A stretch of DNA of 53,460 bases from a virus (IMGVR_UViG_3300032224_000722:1-53460), one strand, 5' to 3'; counted from the stretch's first letter, positions 1 to 9,440 are shown. Made by a program: numbers and translations. The notes: generated from the letters alone by a model not told the origin.

Positions 1-459
1 ACGTGATCCGTTATCAAATTCAATTGACTGTTTGTTATAACTTGTAACACCACAGCGAATATGATCAGGGCATAATTCGTATGCGTAACGAATACGTTGC
101 ATAATTTCTTGTGCGCCTGTGTACTTGTGCGCCGCAATCAATAGGGTTTGATCTGGATTGAACATTGCATACCATAGCAAGTATCCAACTGCTGTTGTTG
201 TTTTACCGCTCTGACGCGGCAACATGTTTACGTTGAATCTAAAGTTGTGTAAACTGTCAACTAAGGAATCTTGATATCCGTAGGCTTGATACTTTATTTT
301 ACCGCGGGTAGGATGCTGGATTGAAAAGAAGTGTTTTAGGAAATATTTGTGTCCTGTTTCTAAATTGGAACACTCTTGAAGGTCAAGTAAATCTTGCTCA
401 CTGAACTTTACAGTCTTGTGTGCTGTTTTGATTAACGTTGTATCTTTGTTTAAGGACAT
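1..459 (-). CDS. Terminase large subunit (T4 gp17-like), N-terminal part; runs off the window start
   Basis: Manual translation from the ATG at 459 gives MSLNKDTTLIK...IQHPTRGKIKYQAYGYQ...NMLPRQSGKTTTAVGYLLWYAMF...LIAAHKYTGAQEIMQRIRYAYELCP...SIEFDNGSR. It has the gp17 adenine-binding YQ and the Walker A PRQSGKT. It is missing from the ORF track because no stop lies inside the window. Confidence 0.95.
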   Translation of the reverse strand, partial: MSLNKDTTLIKTAHKTVKFSEQDLLDLQECSNLETGHKYFLKHFFSIQHPTRGKIKYQAYGYQDSLVDSLHNFRFNVNMLPRQSGKTTTAVGYLLWYAMFNPDQTLLIAAHKYTGAQEIMQRIRYAYELCPDHIRCGVTSYNKQSIEFDNGSR

Positions 460-464
460 GCTTT

Positions 465-470
465 TATTTA
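465..470 (-). promoter_or_regulatory. TAAATA late-promoter-like element, 5 nt upstream of the terminase ATG
   Basis: The minus strand reads ATTAAATA-AAAGC-ATG. The same hexamer recurs upstream of most structural genes and matches the core of the T4 late promoter TATAAATA. Confidence 0.7.
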
Positions 471-473
471 ATG

Positions 474-500
474 AAAAAAATAGGCTCCGAAGAGCCTATT
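474..500 (-). terminator. Rho-independent terminator with a C(UUCG)G tetraloop
   Basis: The minus strand reads AATAGGCTC-TTCG-GAGCCTATT followed by a T run, just downstream of the 520..1536 stop. Confidence 0.9.
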
Positions 501-519
501 TGGAATACTATATTATAAA

Positions 520-1536
520 TTAATCGTATTTGTTATATTTGTCACGGACTTTATCTAAATCCTTGCCTTCTTTGCCTGCCTTAGCTAGAGCCTTCATACC
601 TTCTTTACCGTATTTCATCATGCCTTTTGCGGCCTTGCTCATTGTTTTCTTTTCGCCTTCGTTTACAAAGTCTTTATATTCGGACATTAGTTTTTCAGCT
701 AGACCAGGTTCGGCTGATTTAACTGTTTCAGTTGCGTGTGCCTTTAATGGATTGTCGCCACCACGTGCTGGAACTGTTTCAAAGTCACGTAGTCTGTTGA
801 TCACATCTGCAAATGCATTTGGATCATAAGCACGAGTTTGTTCTTTTGGGCTGTTGTCAAATAAACGTAGTTCTTCAGCTACGTCAAAATCTTCTGGATC
901 TTTCTCGCTTAGTTCATCTGCCATATCACGGACTTGGTCTGCCATAGCACCGACGTCACCGTTGGTTGGAGACTTGTCATCTACTTCGTGATCAATTTGA
1001 CCGCTAAAGTCTGCACCTATATCAGCGCCTAAGCCAGCACCCATTTCTGCTTCTTCATCTTCGATACCATCAATGTGACTTAATGCCTTGGCAATGTCAT
1101 TTTGTGGGCCGTCTTGTCCCATTGGCTCAGCTGTTAATGGTCCTTGACCTAAATGGTCTGGAGTACCTAAATGATGACCAGCATCTTTAACGCCTGCTAG
1201 GTTCATGATTTGTGTAAGCATACTAGCTACTTCATCGCCACTTGCGGCTGACGCATTTAAGCTAAAACTTGCTGATGGTTTTTGTTGCATACCCATTGGG
1301 CTTGGACCACCCATAATGCTCGGCATACCACATTCTGCAATACCTTCGTTCAAGCCTGAAAGTTTTTGTAGTTCTGCGATGCTGATTTGTTCAGTTACAA
1401 CAGTTTCACCTGTGTAGTTGTTCAAGCCAGTAACAGCGTTTTTACCGTTGAACTCTTGTTCTTGTGAAGCCTTTACAACGTTAGGATTGTTAGAATCCAA
1501 CTCTGCTAGGCGTTTCATTACGTCGATCATTTGCAT
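520..1536 (-). CDS. Hypothetical acidic, low-complexity protein; possible internal head/scaffold protein
   Basis: 338-aa ORF, D/E/G/M-rich, with a basic C-terminal segment (KKTMSKAAKGMMKYGKEGMKALAKAGKEG). It has LNE/VNE sites like T4 prohead-protease cleavage motifs and an AAGGA RBS. Confidence 0.55.
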   Translation of the reverse strand: MQMIDVMKRLAELDSNNPNVVKASQEQEFNGKNAVTGLNNYTGETVVTEQISIAELQKLSGLNEGIAECGMPSIMGGPSPMGMQQKPSASFSLNASAASGDEVASMLTQIMNLAGVKDAGHHLGTPDHLGQGPLTAEPMGQDGPQNDIAKALSHIDGIEDEEAEMGAGLGADIGADFSGQIDHEVDDKSPTNGDVGAMADQVRDMADELSEKDPEDFDVAEELRLFDNSPKEQTRAYDPNAFADVINRLRDFETVPARGGDNPLKAHATETVKSAEPGLAEKLMSEYKDFVNEGEKKTMSKAAKGMMKYGKEGMKALAKAGKEGKDLDKVRDKYNKYD

Positions 1537-1538
1537 AA

Positions 1539-2129
1539 TTATTTCCTTGGATCATAGTCGGATTGTTGTACCGGACTAGTTGTGTTTTCCTTAGAGTCAG
1601 TGTTATATTGAACTTCTTTCTCTTTGGGAATTTGTTGGCCTTGCTCTTTGCGTTGGGCCTTAATTGTGTCATTCAATGCTTTTACAAAGCTCAAATTGTA
1701 TTCTGTGCCGTAGTATTTTTTACTGTCTACGCTTGGTGCTTCTTTAAAATCAGGATCTTGTAGTAGTGTACCTTCATGTGCCGCTTTAGGTGCTTGATAC
1801 TCTTCTGTTGGTTCAAATGGGTTGCGTACTACTATTTGGTCTCTGCCTATTCTTAAATTAGATGATAGATATTCATGAAGTTCCCACTGTGTTGTAGGAT
1901 AGTCTAAACTCACTTCGTAAATATTAACTTCGGCATGTTTGATTAATGGGAAGTCTAATGGAACTGATTGAATCGGTGTTTTGCCTGTTTTTTTGAAACT
2001 AGCTACTTGGAATTTTTGTAATAGTGCTTCTAGCGTTTTTTCGCTATCAGCAGATACGTCTCCGGCAATCTTGACTTTGAAGTCAAAAGTGCGTTTGCTT
2101 TCTGTTAAGTGTTCTTTAAATGATCTCAT
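1539..2129 (-). CDS. Hypothetical virion protein with a capsid-targeting-like N-terminus
   Basis: 196 aa, starting MRSFKEHLTES, similar to the T4 internal-protein leader MKTYQEFIAE. TAAATA and a GGGA RBS lie upstream. Confidence 0.6.
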   Translation of the reverse strand: MRSFKEHLTESKRTFDFKVKIAGDVSADSEKTLEALLQKFQVASFKKTGKTPIQSVPLDFPLIKHAEVNIYEVSLDYPTTQWELHEYLSSNLRIGRDQIVVRNPFEPTEEYQAPKAAHEGTLLQDPDFKEAPSVDSKKYYGTEYNLSFVKALNDTIKAQRKEQGQQIPKEKEVQYNTDSKENTTSPVQQSDYDPRK

Positions 2130-2150
2130 GTTTATCAGTTCCCTGGTATA

Positions 2151-2639
2151 TTATTTATTCATATTTTTAAGTTTTTCCAGGAGACTATTACGGTCAGAAA
2201 TGACGTAACCTTCCCCTTCGACCATGCCATCGTCTGACGGGCCGTTTTTCTTATCAATTGCCAGTTTCTTAAGCTGTAGATCTATCATTTTTAGCTTTTT
2301 ATCAATCTTATTGGATTTAGCTGTAATTGCGGCCTGTAACATAGTACCAGCTACTTCGAACATGCGAGCACCGTATCGAGCTTCTACATTCATACCTAAA
2401 TCCATTAGATCATCATATGCTTGCTCTGCTTTCGCGGCTAAACCATCTAGCTCAGAGTCGCTCATATCGCCCAATCCACGTACTTGCGGTAGGGCGGCCG
2501 ATATCTTATCAAACTGTTCTAGATTTTGTTGTAGATCAACGTGCTGTATTTCAGCCATTTCAATAGACTCCGGTTTTGCAACAGGTTCTATCTTTTTAGT
2601 AGGTTCTATGTCCAGTAGTTCTTCGAGCTTTTTAGTCAT
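2151..2639 (-). CDS. Probable terminase small subunit (gp16-like)
   Basis: 162 aa and helical. L-G-M-N-V-E-A-R-Y-G-A-R-M-F-E-V-A-G-T-M-L...K-M-I-D-L-Q-L-K-K resembles the gp16 core (...PRAYEVAGQLIK...LIDLQKK). It lies near the large terminase. Confidence 0.6.
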   Translation of the reverse strand: MTKKLEELLDIEPTKKIEPVAKPESIEMAEIQHVDLQQNLEQFDKISAALPQVRGLGDMSDSELDGLAAKAEQAYDDLMDLGMNVEARYGARMFEVAGTMLQAAITAKSNKIDKKLKMIDLQLKKLAIDKKNGPSDDGMVEGEGYVISDRNSLLEKLKNMNK

Positions 2640-2647
2640 AACTTTAC

Positions 2648-3088
2648 TTATCGTTTCTTTTTACCAGTATGGAAAATATCGGCTTCTGTTAAGACTCTGA
2701 ATGTAATGCCGCGGCCGCGAGCCCATTGTCGTGCCATTTCCCATTTAACTTGATTACGTACAAACTGTCCTTGATTGTAAGGATTTTTACCAACATTTTC
2801 TATCATAGTTTGATTCATTGGTTTTACTTCCCAAATCTCACTATGTTTCTTTTGCTTTTTATCAACATATACAACAAGAAAATCTGGAACATAAACTGTT
2901 TGCTTTCCTGTTAACGGATCTCTATATGGAATTTTAACTGCTTCGCTAGCCCACTGCTCTATGGATGCATTTTCATCGCACATCTTCATCACAGCGGCTT
3001 CCCAACTGCTACGATAGTACGGTGTGCCACCGCCTATATATTTTTCTGGGTTCTTTAATACGTAAGGACCCCGTGCTGTATTTCTCAT
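2648..3088 (-). CDS. Head completion nuclease (T4 gp4-like, TnsA-N/PD-(D/E)XK fold)
   Basis: Motifs NPEKYIG, YRSSWE, WASE..KIPY.DP, YVPDF, EVKP, KW..A..W, FRVLTE. Confidence 0.9.
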   Translation of the reverse strand: MRNTARGPYVLKNPEKYIGGGTPYYRSSWEAAVMKMCDENASIEQWASEAVKIPYRDPLTGKQTVYVPDFLVVYVDKKQKKHSEIWEVKPMNQTMIENVGKNPYNQGQFVRNQVKWEMARQWARGRGITFRVLTEADIFHTGKKKR

Positions 3089-3463
3089 TTATGCTAAAAT
3101 ATTTCTTTGTACAGTTGCCACAGGAATAAATGTTTGTGCCATTCCAAGACTGCTTGATTTAAATCTATTGTAGTTTAGTAACTCTGTAACTAATGCAGAT
3201 ATCTGCACATTGTCTAATCCACCGAGGGTGTCGATAATTTCAAAAGGTTTATAACCATCTAGTTTAGCTTGTTTCATAATAATATATGAAATACTTTCTG
3301 AACTATGTTTATCAAATCCTCTGCTTTCAAAAAATCCAACACACGCATCGATAGTTGCCGCATCTAATGCTACAATAGGACTGCCGTATTGGTTGAATAA
3401 TTGGACAGTGGCTAGCGCACTATCTGTAGTTTTCATTTGAGGAATATTATTATATGTTGTCAT
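3089..3463 (-). CDS. Hypothetical protein
   Basis: 124-aa ORF translationally coupled to both neighbours (TAATG overlap at 3463; stop abuts the next ATG at 3088). Confidence 0.7.
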   Translation of the reverse strand: MTTYNNIPQMKTTDSALATVQLFNQYGSPIVALDAATIDACVGFFESRGFDKHSSESISYIIMKQAKLDGYKPFEIIDTLGGLDNVQISALVTELLNYNRFKSSSLGMAQTFIPVATVQRNILA

Positions 3464-5211
3464 TATACACTCCAGTTGTCTGCAATATTAACCGATGCGG
3501 TAGCAACTACCGGTTGTGCTGTTACATTCGAATCCTGATTTCCTGCTACGTTTAATGCGGCACTGGCATCTTTCGGTCCCGTAGTATCTGTGTCTTTGGC
3601 CAGTGTCGGATTTTGTATGGAGGCAGAGTTAGCTGTAGTTATTGCATTCGCGATTAATGTCTGATTTGATTGTAGTACTGCAAGATTGCCTTTTAATTTT
3701 TCAGGATCTTGATATCCTTGTGAAGCGTATTGTGCATTTACTTCGTCGACTGCGGCTTGGCCACCTTTGGCTTGAGCAGATGCAACAGCTTGCTGATATG
3801 CGGCTTGCTGTGTAGTCGCGGCATCAATTTGATTTTGCATGTCATCAATAGATGAAGAATTTTGTATGGCTAGCGACTGTAACGTAGCCACGCTGGCTCC
3901 AGTTAGTATAGCAGTATCTATAGGAGACACGCCTGCACCTTGCCCAGCAGAAGCGATTCGACTAGTTGTTCCGTTAGTATTATCCTGTGTAGCACTCGAT
4001 CCAGTTACAGCTTTTTGTGTTGCTGAAGTTTCTCCGTTAGTACTCGAGTTTCCTCCTTTGAAGATACTCAGCGCCGCACCGACCGCACCAGCACCAATTC
4101 CGCTCGGCGCACCTGATGGAATATTTCCTCGAAGACCGATAGTTCCTAATACTCCGCCTAGCATACTGTAACCTTCTGCCTTAATTCCGGCCGCATTTAA
4201 TTTGCCTGCATTACCGACTAGATTAGCAACACCAAGTGCGGTGCCCAATATAGAAGTTGGTCCAGTATCATCCCCACCAAATATCGATTCAGCGCCTGCA
4301 ATAATACCACCAGGCCCGAATAGTGTGCCTGTACCACCGCCCTGGATACTTAACGGACTAGGTGTAGTATCATAATGGAATGTAGCAAAGCCAGGCGGAT
4401 TATCTCTTTTAACTTTTCCTTTTCCATAAAATACTGTTTCGTATTGTACGGCCATTTTGTTTTCTGACAAAGTATTTTGTGTTTGATCTAAGTGTGCATG
4501 ATCCCAGGATGTTACTAATGGGTTAATTAGTATATATGAGTTGAACACTGATCTGTTTAATTGATATAGGATAATAGCACGAAAGAACGGTTCACCTTGG
4601 TTGTTGTTTAATCCGTACGCATTAGGCGGTACAGGAGTTGTTGGTGCGTATTTTGTATTTCCGTATGCAGGATTTGTTGCTCCATTGGCAGAATCTGTTG
4701 TTGGACTGCTCGCACTTGCGTATCCGCTGTCTGCATAGTAGTATCTAAAATAACTTTGCCACAATTCGTTTGTGGTGTTACTCATATCGTCGTGGAAATT
4801 AATTGTTACCGGACTGTAATTTATTTTTGTTTGAATATTTGTATGTCGGTTGTACTGGTTTAACTGTTCTGTTTGAATTGTAAATTTTGGTAAGTCAACT
4901 GCCTTAACTAACATCCCAGCTTCTAGATTTTGATTCTTTCCATTGGACAGCACTCCCTTTACGTTTGCGCCGCCCAATACTTGGCCTATGGTACCTAGTA
5001 AACTACTCGATTTTCCAGCGCCTTGTGATATCGCTGTTTGTGCTTTGGGATTAATAACAAAATACGCATAATACATCCACCCTGCTTTAGGAGTGAGTGC
5101 ATACATGTTGTCTGTGTAAAGTCTAGCGGCATGCTGGAAGTCACCCATTGTCCCTTTAGGATGGGTAGCACCTGAAAAGACACTAGATAGAAAGTCACGT
5201 ATTCCTGGCAT
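3463..5211 (-). CDS. Tail-tube-like / baseplate-tube initiator protein (gp19/gp54/gp48 fold) with a long Gly/Ala/Gln-rich tail
   Basis: The N-terminal ~270 aa contain VKAVDLPKFTIQTEQLNQYNR..KINYSPVTINFHDD...W..Y...LINP.VTSWDH..LD...VQYE, paralleling the adjacent tube protein. Confidence 0.6.
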   Translation of the reverse strand: MPGIRDFLSSVFSGATHPKGTMGDFQHAARLYTDNMYALTPKAGWMYYAYFVINPKAQTAISQGAGKSSSLLGTIGQVLGGANVKGVLSNGKNQNLEAGMLVKAVDLPKFTIQTEQLNQYNRHTNIQTKINYSPVTINFHDDMSNTTNELWQSYFRYYYADSGYASASSPTTDSANGATNPAYGNTKYAPTTPVPPNAYGLNNNQGEPFFRAIILYQLNRSVFNSYILINPLVTSWDHAHLDQTQNTLSENKMAVQYETVFYGKGKVKRDNPPGFATFHYDTTPSPLSIQGGGTGTLFGPGGIIAGAESIFGGDDTGPTSILGTALGVANLVGNAGKLNAAGIKAEGYSMLGGVLGTIGLRGNIPSGAPSGIGAGAVGAALSIFKGGNSSTNGETSATQKAVTGSSATQDNTNGTTSRIASAGQGAGVSPIDTAILTGASVATLQSLAIQNSSSIDDMQNQIDAATTQQAAYQQAVASAQAKGGQAAVDEVNAQYASQGYQDPEKLKGNLAVLQSNQTLIANAITTANSASIQNPTLAKDTDTTGPKDASAALNVAGNQDSNVTAQPVVATASVNIADNWSV

Positions 5212-5247
5212 ATTAAAATATTACCTTATTGTGAAGTATTTAGTCGT

Positions 5248-5278
5248 AAAAAAAGACCCAGGTAAAACTGGGTCTTTT
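5248..5278 (-). terminator. Rho-independent terminator after the tail tube gene (possibly bidirectional)
   Basis: Perfect inverted repeat AAAAGACCCAG-gtaaaa-CTGGGTCTTTT, with a T7 run on the minus strand. Confidence 0.85.
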
Positions 5279-5298
5279 ATATTGTACTTGACTAAGAA

Positions 5299-5925
5299 TT
5301 AACCCGAAGCCAATGTGCCTAGTGTACGACCAACTGCTGTACCAATACCAATTGGGTTTCCGGCTGTGTCTGTTTGAATTGCGTTGTCAAACTTAATAGA
5401 CATACTAATATCTAATGCTTCTGAACTTGAGTAGTCTACTTGTTGGTATGTAATATCAGTTACGTAACAACCAATTAATTGGAATGTTTCTAAAACTGTT
5501 GGATCATATGCTCCGTTACCACCGTCTAAGATTTCGATTACAGTTGAAAACTTGTAATCAATACCTGAACTTGCACTTGCTTGCTCATAGAAGTCAAATT
5601 GCTTCTGAATCTGTTCGCCACATAACTTGCTTACTGCACTAGATTGATCATCACGTACAACTAGTGTAATCGGATCCCATGTGTATTTGCCAGCGTAGTT
5701 AACCTTTGAGTTATAAACATGAAGTTCTATATTTTCAAAGGTAACCTTTGGACGAGTTACGTTCATTACCTGCTTGGTGATTTCAGTTGTTGGCTTTGTG
5801 ACACCAAAATTCTGAAGTTGCACTCTAAAGCGATATTTCAGCTTTGGCATCAACAAGCCTTGACTGCTTGCACTTTGGCCTGCTGGTAATGGAACTGATA
5901 ATTTACTTAAACTTGCGATTGCCAT
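5299..5925 (-). CDS. Tail tube protein (gp19-like)
   Basis: 208 aa: PKLKYRFRV..., VTRPKVTFENIEL..YNSKVNYAGKYTWDPITLVVRDD, L.GCY...Y..VDYSSSE...ISMSIKFDNA. Directly downstream of the sheath, with a strong AAGGAG RBS. Confidence 0.9.
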   Translation of the reverse strand: MAIASLSKLSVPLPAGQSASSQGLLMPKLKYRFRVQLQNFGVTKPTTEITKQVMNVTRPKVTFENIELHVYNSKVNYAGKYTWDPITLVVRDDQSSAVSKLCGEQIQKQFDFYEQASASSGIDYKFSTVIEILDGGNGAYDPTVLETFQLIGCYVTDITYQQVDYSSSEALDISMSIKFDNAIQTDTAGNPIGIGTAVGRTLGTLASG

Positions 5926-5958
5926 CTTAAATGCTCCTTATTCCTATTATTTAACCTA

Positions 5959-8900
5959 TTAACCACCTGTTGACATCGAACCTAAATTGCCGGAAGCAAT
6001 AGCACCTGTATTCAACAAGCGAACTGGAACATAGATAAATTCCACTGCCTTGACTGGTTCAATTGCGATGTCAACCCATAACTCTGATCTATCAATTCTA
6101 GCAGGTGTATTATTGCTAGTATCGCAAACTACCAAGTAGTCATAGATTGCACGTTGTCCGACAAGTTCTAACAAGAAGCTGTCTACTGCGTTTTTAACTT
6201 CGCTACGTGTAATTTGATCGTTTGGTTCAAATAAGTATGGGCTTACTAAAATGCCTAACTGTCTACGTAGATATGCAACTAAGCGAGCAACGTTAATACG
6301 ATCTAACGAGCTAGCCGCAGGAGCACGGGTGTAATTACCAAAGTTAACAATTCCAGAACCTGTTAGAGTTGGGATTGGATTTACTTTAGTTTTTGCTAGT
6401 ACATCACGCAATGCTTGTGGCAATGCTGTTGTATGGAACTCGCCGGTTTGTCCGTCGATGTAACCAACTGAAGTAGCGTTATCTACATTACCGCGGCGTA
6501 CACCAGCTGGTGCAAACCATTCGTATGATTTAGCATCGCTGTTGATGAATGTACGTAGCATCATGTGGCTTGGCGGAACAACAATATAGTTTCCTGTATT
6601 ATCATTTGTGAAACCACTTGGATAGAAGAATGCCATATAGTCGTCATAACTTGTAGCACCAGTGTCGCCGTTATCAAATGCGCCGTTAGTGTTTAAGCCC
6701 CACGCTTGTAAGTCGGTTCCGTTCGCTTGTAAGCGGAATGGTGTATCACCAATTACAAAAGCTGTTTGTCCGCGGTCTGTGTTCATCGCAATTAAGTTTT
6801 GTACTGCTTCTGGATATCCAGGAGCGGCAATTAAGTTGAACACTAAACTGTCTGTATCACGAATAGTTTGGTTTGTATCGATTAGAGCTTTTAGAGCCGC
6901 TACTACGAAACCACGTTGTGCGTGACGACCAAATGAACCTGCACCATCTGGACGATTTGGACTTACAGTTACCCAACGTGCTGTTGCGTATGCTGTTGTT
7001 GAGTTTGAGCCATCCATTGGTTCTGTGTAACGTGGGTTAACACCGTTGTTAGCATAGATATTAATGTAATTTGCTTCGTAACGTTTTACGTTGAATCCTG
7101 AACGACGTAGATTGAACAAACGTGTACCACGTGGATAACCACCTGGATCTGGAGCGTCTGGATCTAAGAAGTCTGATCTTAATAGTGAAGCAATTGAAGA
7201 CTGCGCAGTTGTATAACCGTTTACGGCCCAACGTGCATCTGCAAACACCCAACCATTTGGACTTGTTTGATCTGTTGAATCTTGTTTGACCCACTTCAAT
7301 GTATTGCCGTTGTAAACATAAATGTCTAAACCATACATTTCGATATCTGAACGATCGATCCAAATCTCACCATCTGCAAGTGCTGTCTTGCCATCGCTCT
7401 GTGTTGTTGGGCGAGTAGAACTGATAATTGGACCATTTGGATCTGTTGCTGGGAATACATTTCTGTAACCTTTCCAATGTGTACCATCGTTGTACATGAT
7501 ATCAGCTTGGTCAGTAATACTGTCGTACCATAATGTGCCATCTGATGGAGGAGTTACAGGGGCATTCGGAGCCGCTGTAGTAATCAATGGGGCCCAGTTA
7601 CTTGCACGATAGTCAAATCCGTCTGGTTCGTTATCACCTAGGTGATAGAAGTTAGTCGAATATGCATTTGTCGGTTGATGTTGATCCCATGCTGTAAAAC
7701 CAATATTACCTAATACGTTGTTGGCGTCATTGAATTTGATATCGCCACCGGTTGCATGAGTGATTGTAATTGTATCATCACTGTTATGATGTGCTGTAAC
7801 GTTTGTTAGGCCAGCGGAGTTAATTGCTGTTACAACTGCACCAATCCATGTCTCTCCTGTTGTAGGAGTTTGAATTGTTACTGTAACTGGATTACCGTAG
7901 TTTAGTTGACCAACTAAAGTTTCTGCAATTTGCATTGTTGTTCCGTTAACTAGTACTGGAGCAACTGCTAGTGCCTTGCTTGTAATAGTTGTTGGAGCAA
8001 CTGCCGCACGTCTTTGAATTTCAAAGTTTAATGTAATCGGGCGTTGTGTTGAAGTACTTGCAAATCCGTCACCGTGATCATAATTAGCTTCGATAAACAA
8101 TGTTCCTACTGGAATATTTGTTCCGCCACCTGTCTTATCAATGTTGTATAATGCAGATGCGCTGGTATTGTAGATAGGCGCCGCAACTTGCGTAAATGAT
8201 TGCGTGTTGGCAGAGTACTGTTTAATGATCCAATGAGCACCACTATTTGGACTTGTTGTTTTTAAGTAAACAGATCCACTTGGTGCTGAACTGTAGTTAG
8301 GATATTGTGTATGCGGAGCAACAGTCATCTTTGGTCCTGCGTAAACACCTGCAGGAACTCCTAATGTTGCTAATGTTGTTGCATTACCTGCAACAGTCAA
8401 GCTACCTGGATATAAATCTGTGTACAACTCTATCTTACCTGAGCTGTTTGCTTTTGCGCCAATACCTTTTGAATGTAATGTGCTGTTAATACTTGCGGCA
8501 ATGCTTGCTACTGTACTTGCTGTTGTAACAGTAATTGAATTACCGTTAATTGTAACAGCGCCAGGAGAAGCTGAAAACGCTGGGTTACTTGATGTACCAG
8601 TAACTGCTGGCCAGCTTGTTTGCCATGTTGTTGAAACAAATGTTGCATTGTTGGCAGGGGATGCAAATGCTGTTTCACCGCTTGAACCAACTTGCACCCA
8701 GTTACCATTACTGTTTTTGTAATACGTGCTATTCATATCCATTGTATCTAATACAACTGCATATGAACCATTAGTACCTAAACTTGGTTTTGGAGTTACG
8801 CCATCTGCGCCGGCGGTGTTATTTGCACGATTTGAAGAGTCAATAACGATAGGAGTTTTGTTAGCAAATGTGCCTGTTGCAGAATTCCATTCAAACAAAC

Positions 8901-9339
8901 CAAATAATGTATTTGAAGTATCTAACCAGTATGAACCGTCTGCTGGAGGACCTGCTGGAGCAGATGCTTGCGCAGTTAGTTGACCTAAGTCGATGTTTGC
9001 ACGAACAACGTAAGCCTTTGAACTTACGCCCAATAAGCTGTAAGCGGCTTGTAAACCGTATTCGTTTAATTCGCCACCGTGGATCGGATTACCTTGTGTA
9101 TCTGTATAGAACAACGGTGTTCCAAAGGTATCTGTCAAATCACGTTGACTTGTAATTGTGTATACTTTTCCAGCGTTTGCAGGATCTGTTCCTTTTGCTA
9201 GGCCTGTGCCTGAAGCATTTGCTTTGTTTGCTTTCGAAGCAACAATAACTAGAGGTACTGTTCCAGGGGCGGCCGGAGTGTAAAAACTCTCGTCGATTAC
9301 GTTTACTTGTACGCCCGGTGATTGTAATGTTTTTGCCAT
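5959..9339 (-). CDS. Contractile tail sheath protein (gp18-like), enlarged
   Basis: N-terminal LQSPGVQVNVIDESFY; C-terminal VPPS..., WFAPAGVRRG, VNPI, SLDRINVARL, LFEPND..TR, VVCDTSNN....IDRSELWVDIAIEPVKAVEFIYVP. Confidence 0.96.
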   Translation of the reverse strand: MAKTLQSPGVQVNVIDESFYTPAAPGTVPLVIVASKANKANASGTGLAKGTDPANAGKVYTITSQRDLTDTFGTPLFYTDTQGNPIHGGELNEYGLQAAYSLLGVSSKAYVVRANIDLGQLTAQASAPAGPPADGSYWLDTSNTLFGLFEWNSATGTFANKTPIVIDSSNRANNTAGADGVTPKPSLGTNGSYAVVLDTMDMNSTYYKNSNGNWVQVGSSGETAFASPANNATFVSTTWQTSWPAVTGTSSNPAFSASPGAVTINGNSITVTTASTVASIAASINSTLHSKGIGAKANSSGKIELYTDLYPGSLTVAGNATTLATLGVPAGVYAGPKMTVAPHTQYPNYSSAPSGSVYLKTTSPNSGAHWIIKQYSANTQSFTQVAAPIYNTSASALYNIDKTGGGTNIPVGTLFIEANYDHGDGFASTSTQRPITLNFEIQRRAAVAPTTITSKALAVAPVLVNGTTMQIAETLVGQLNYGNPVTVTIQTPTTGETWIGAVVTAINSAGLTNVTAHHNSDDTITITHATGGDIKFNDANNVLGNIGFTAWDQHQPTNAYSTNFYHLGDNEPDGFDYRASNWAPLITTAAPNAPVTPPSDGTLWYDSITDQADIMYNDGTHWKGYRNVFPATDPNGPIISSTRPTTQSDGKTALADGEIWIDRSDIEMYGLDIYVYNGNTLKWVKQDSTDQTSPNGWVFADARWAVNGYTTAQSSIASLLRSDFLDPDAPDPGGYPRGTRLFNLRRSGFNVKRYEANYINIYANNGVNPRYTEPMDGSNSTTAYATARWVTVSPNRPDGAGSFGRHAQRGFVVAALKALIDTNQTIRDTDSLVFNLIAAPGYPEAVQNLIAMNTDRGQTAFVIGDTPFRLQANGTDLQAWGLNTNGAFDNGDTGATSYDDYMAFFYPSGFTNDNTGNYIVVPPSHMMLRTFINSDAKSYEWFAPAGVRRGNVDNATSVGYIDGQTGEFHTTALPQALRDVLAKTKVNPIPTLTGSGIVNFGNYTRAPAASSLDRINVARLVAYLRRQLGILVSPYLFEPNDQITRSEVKNAVDSFLLELVGQRAIYDYLVVCDTSNNTPARIDRSELWVDIAIEPVKAVEFIYVPVRLLNTGAIASGNLGSMSTGG

Positions 9340-9373
9340 TTACTAACTCTCCCAATAATGGTTTTATCAGTAA

Positions 9374-9410
9374 TATTTAGCGTATACTCCAATTTTTATC
9401 TAGTTAAATA
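9374..9410. promoter_or_regulatory. Divergent pair of TAAATA elements (minus 9374-9379 for the sheath; plus 9405-9410 for the Zn-finger gene)
   Basis: Both hexamers are read directly in the 9340-9440 intergenic region. Confidence 0.6.
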
Positions 9411-9440
9411 CATGGAAAAGGGCACCAAAAAGGGCTTACT

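Noticed and set aside
2648-3088. TnsA-like nuclease as evidence of a Tn7-type transposon
   Set aside because: Motifs and context match the T4 gp4 head-completion protein, and no transposase or terminal repeats are present.
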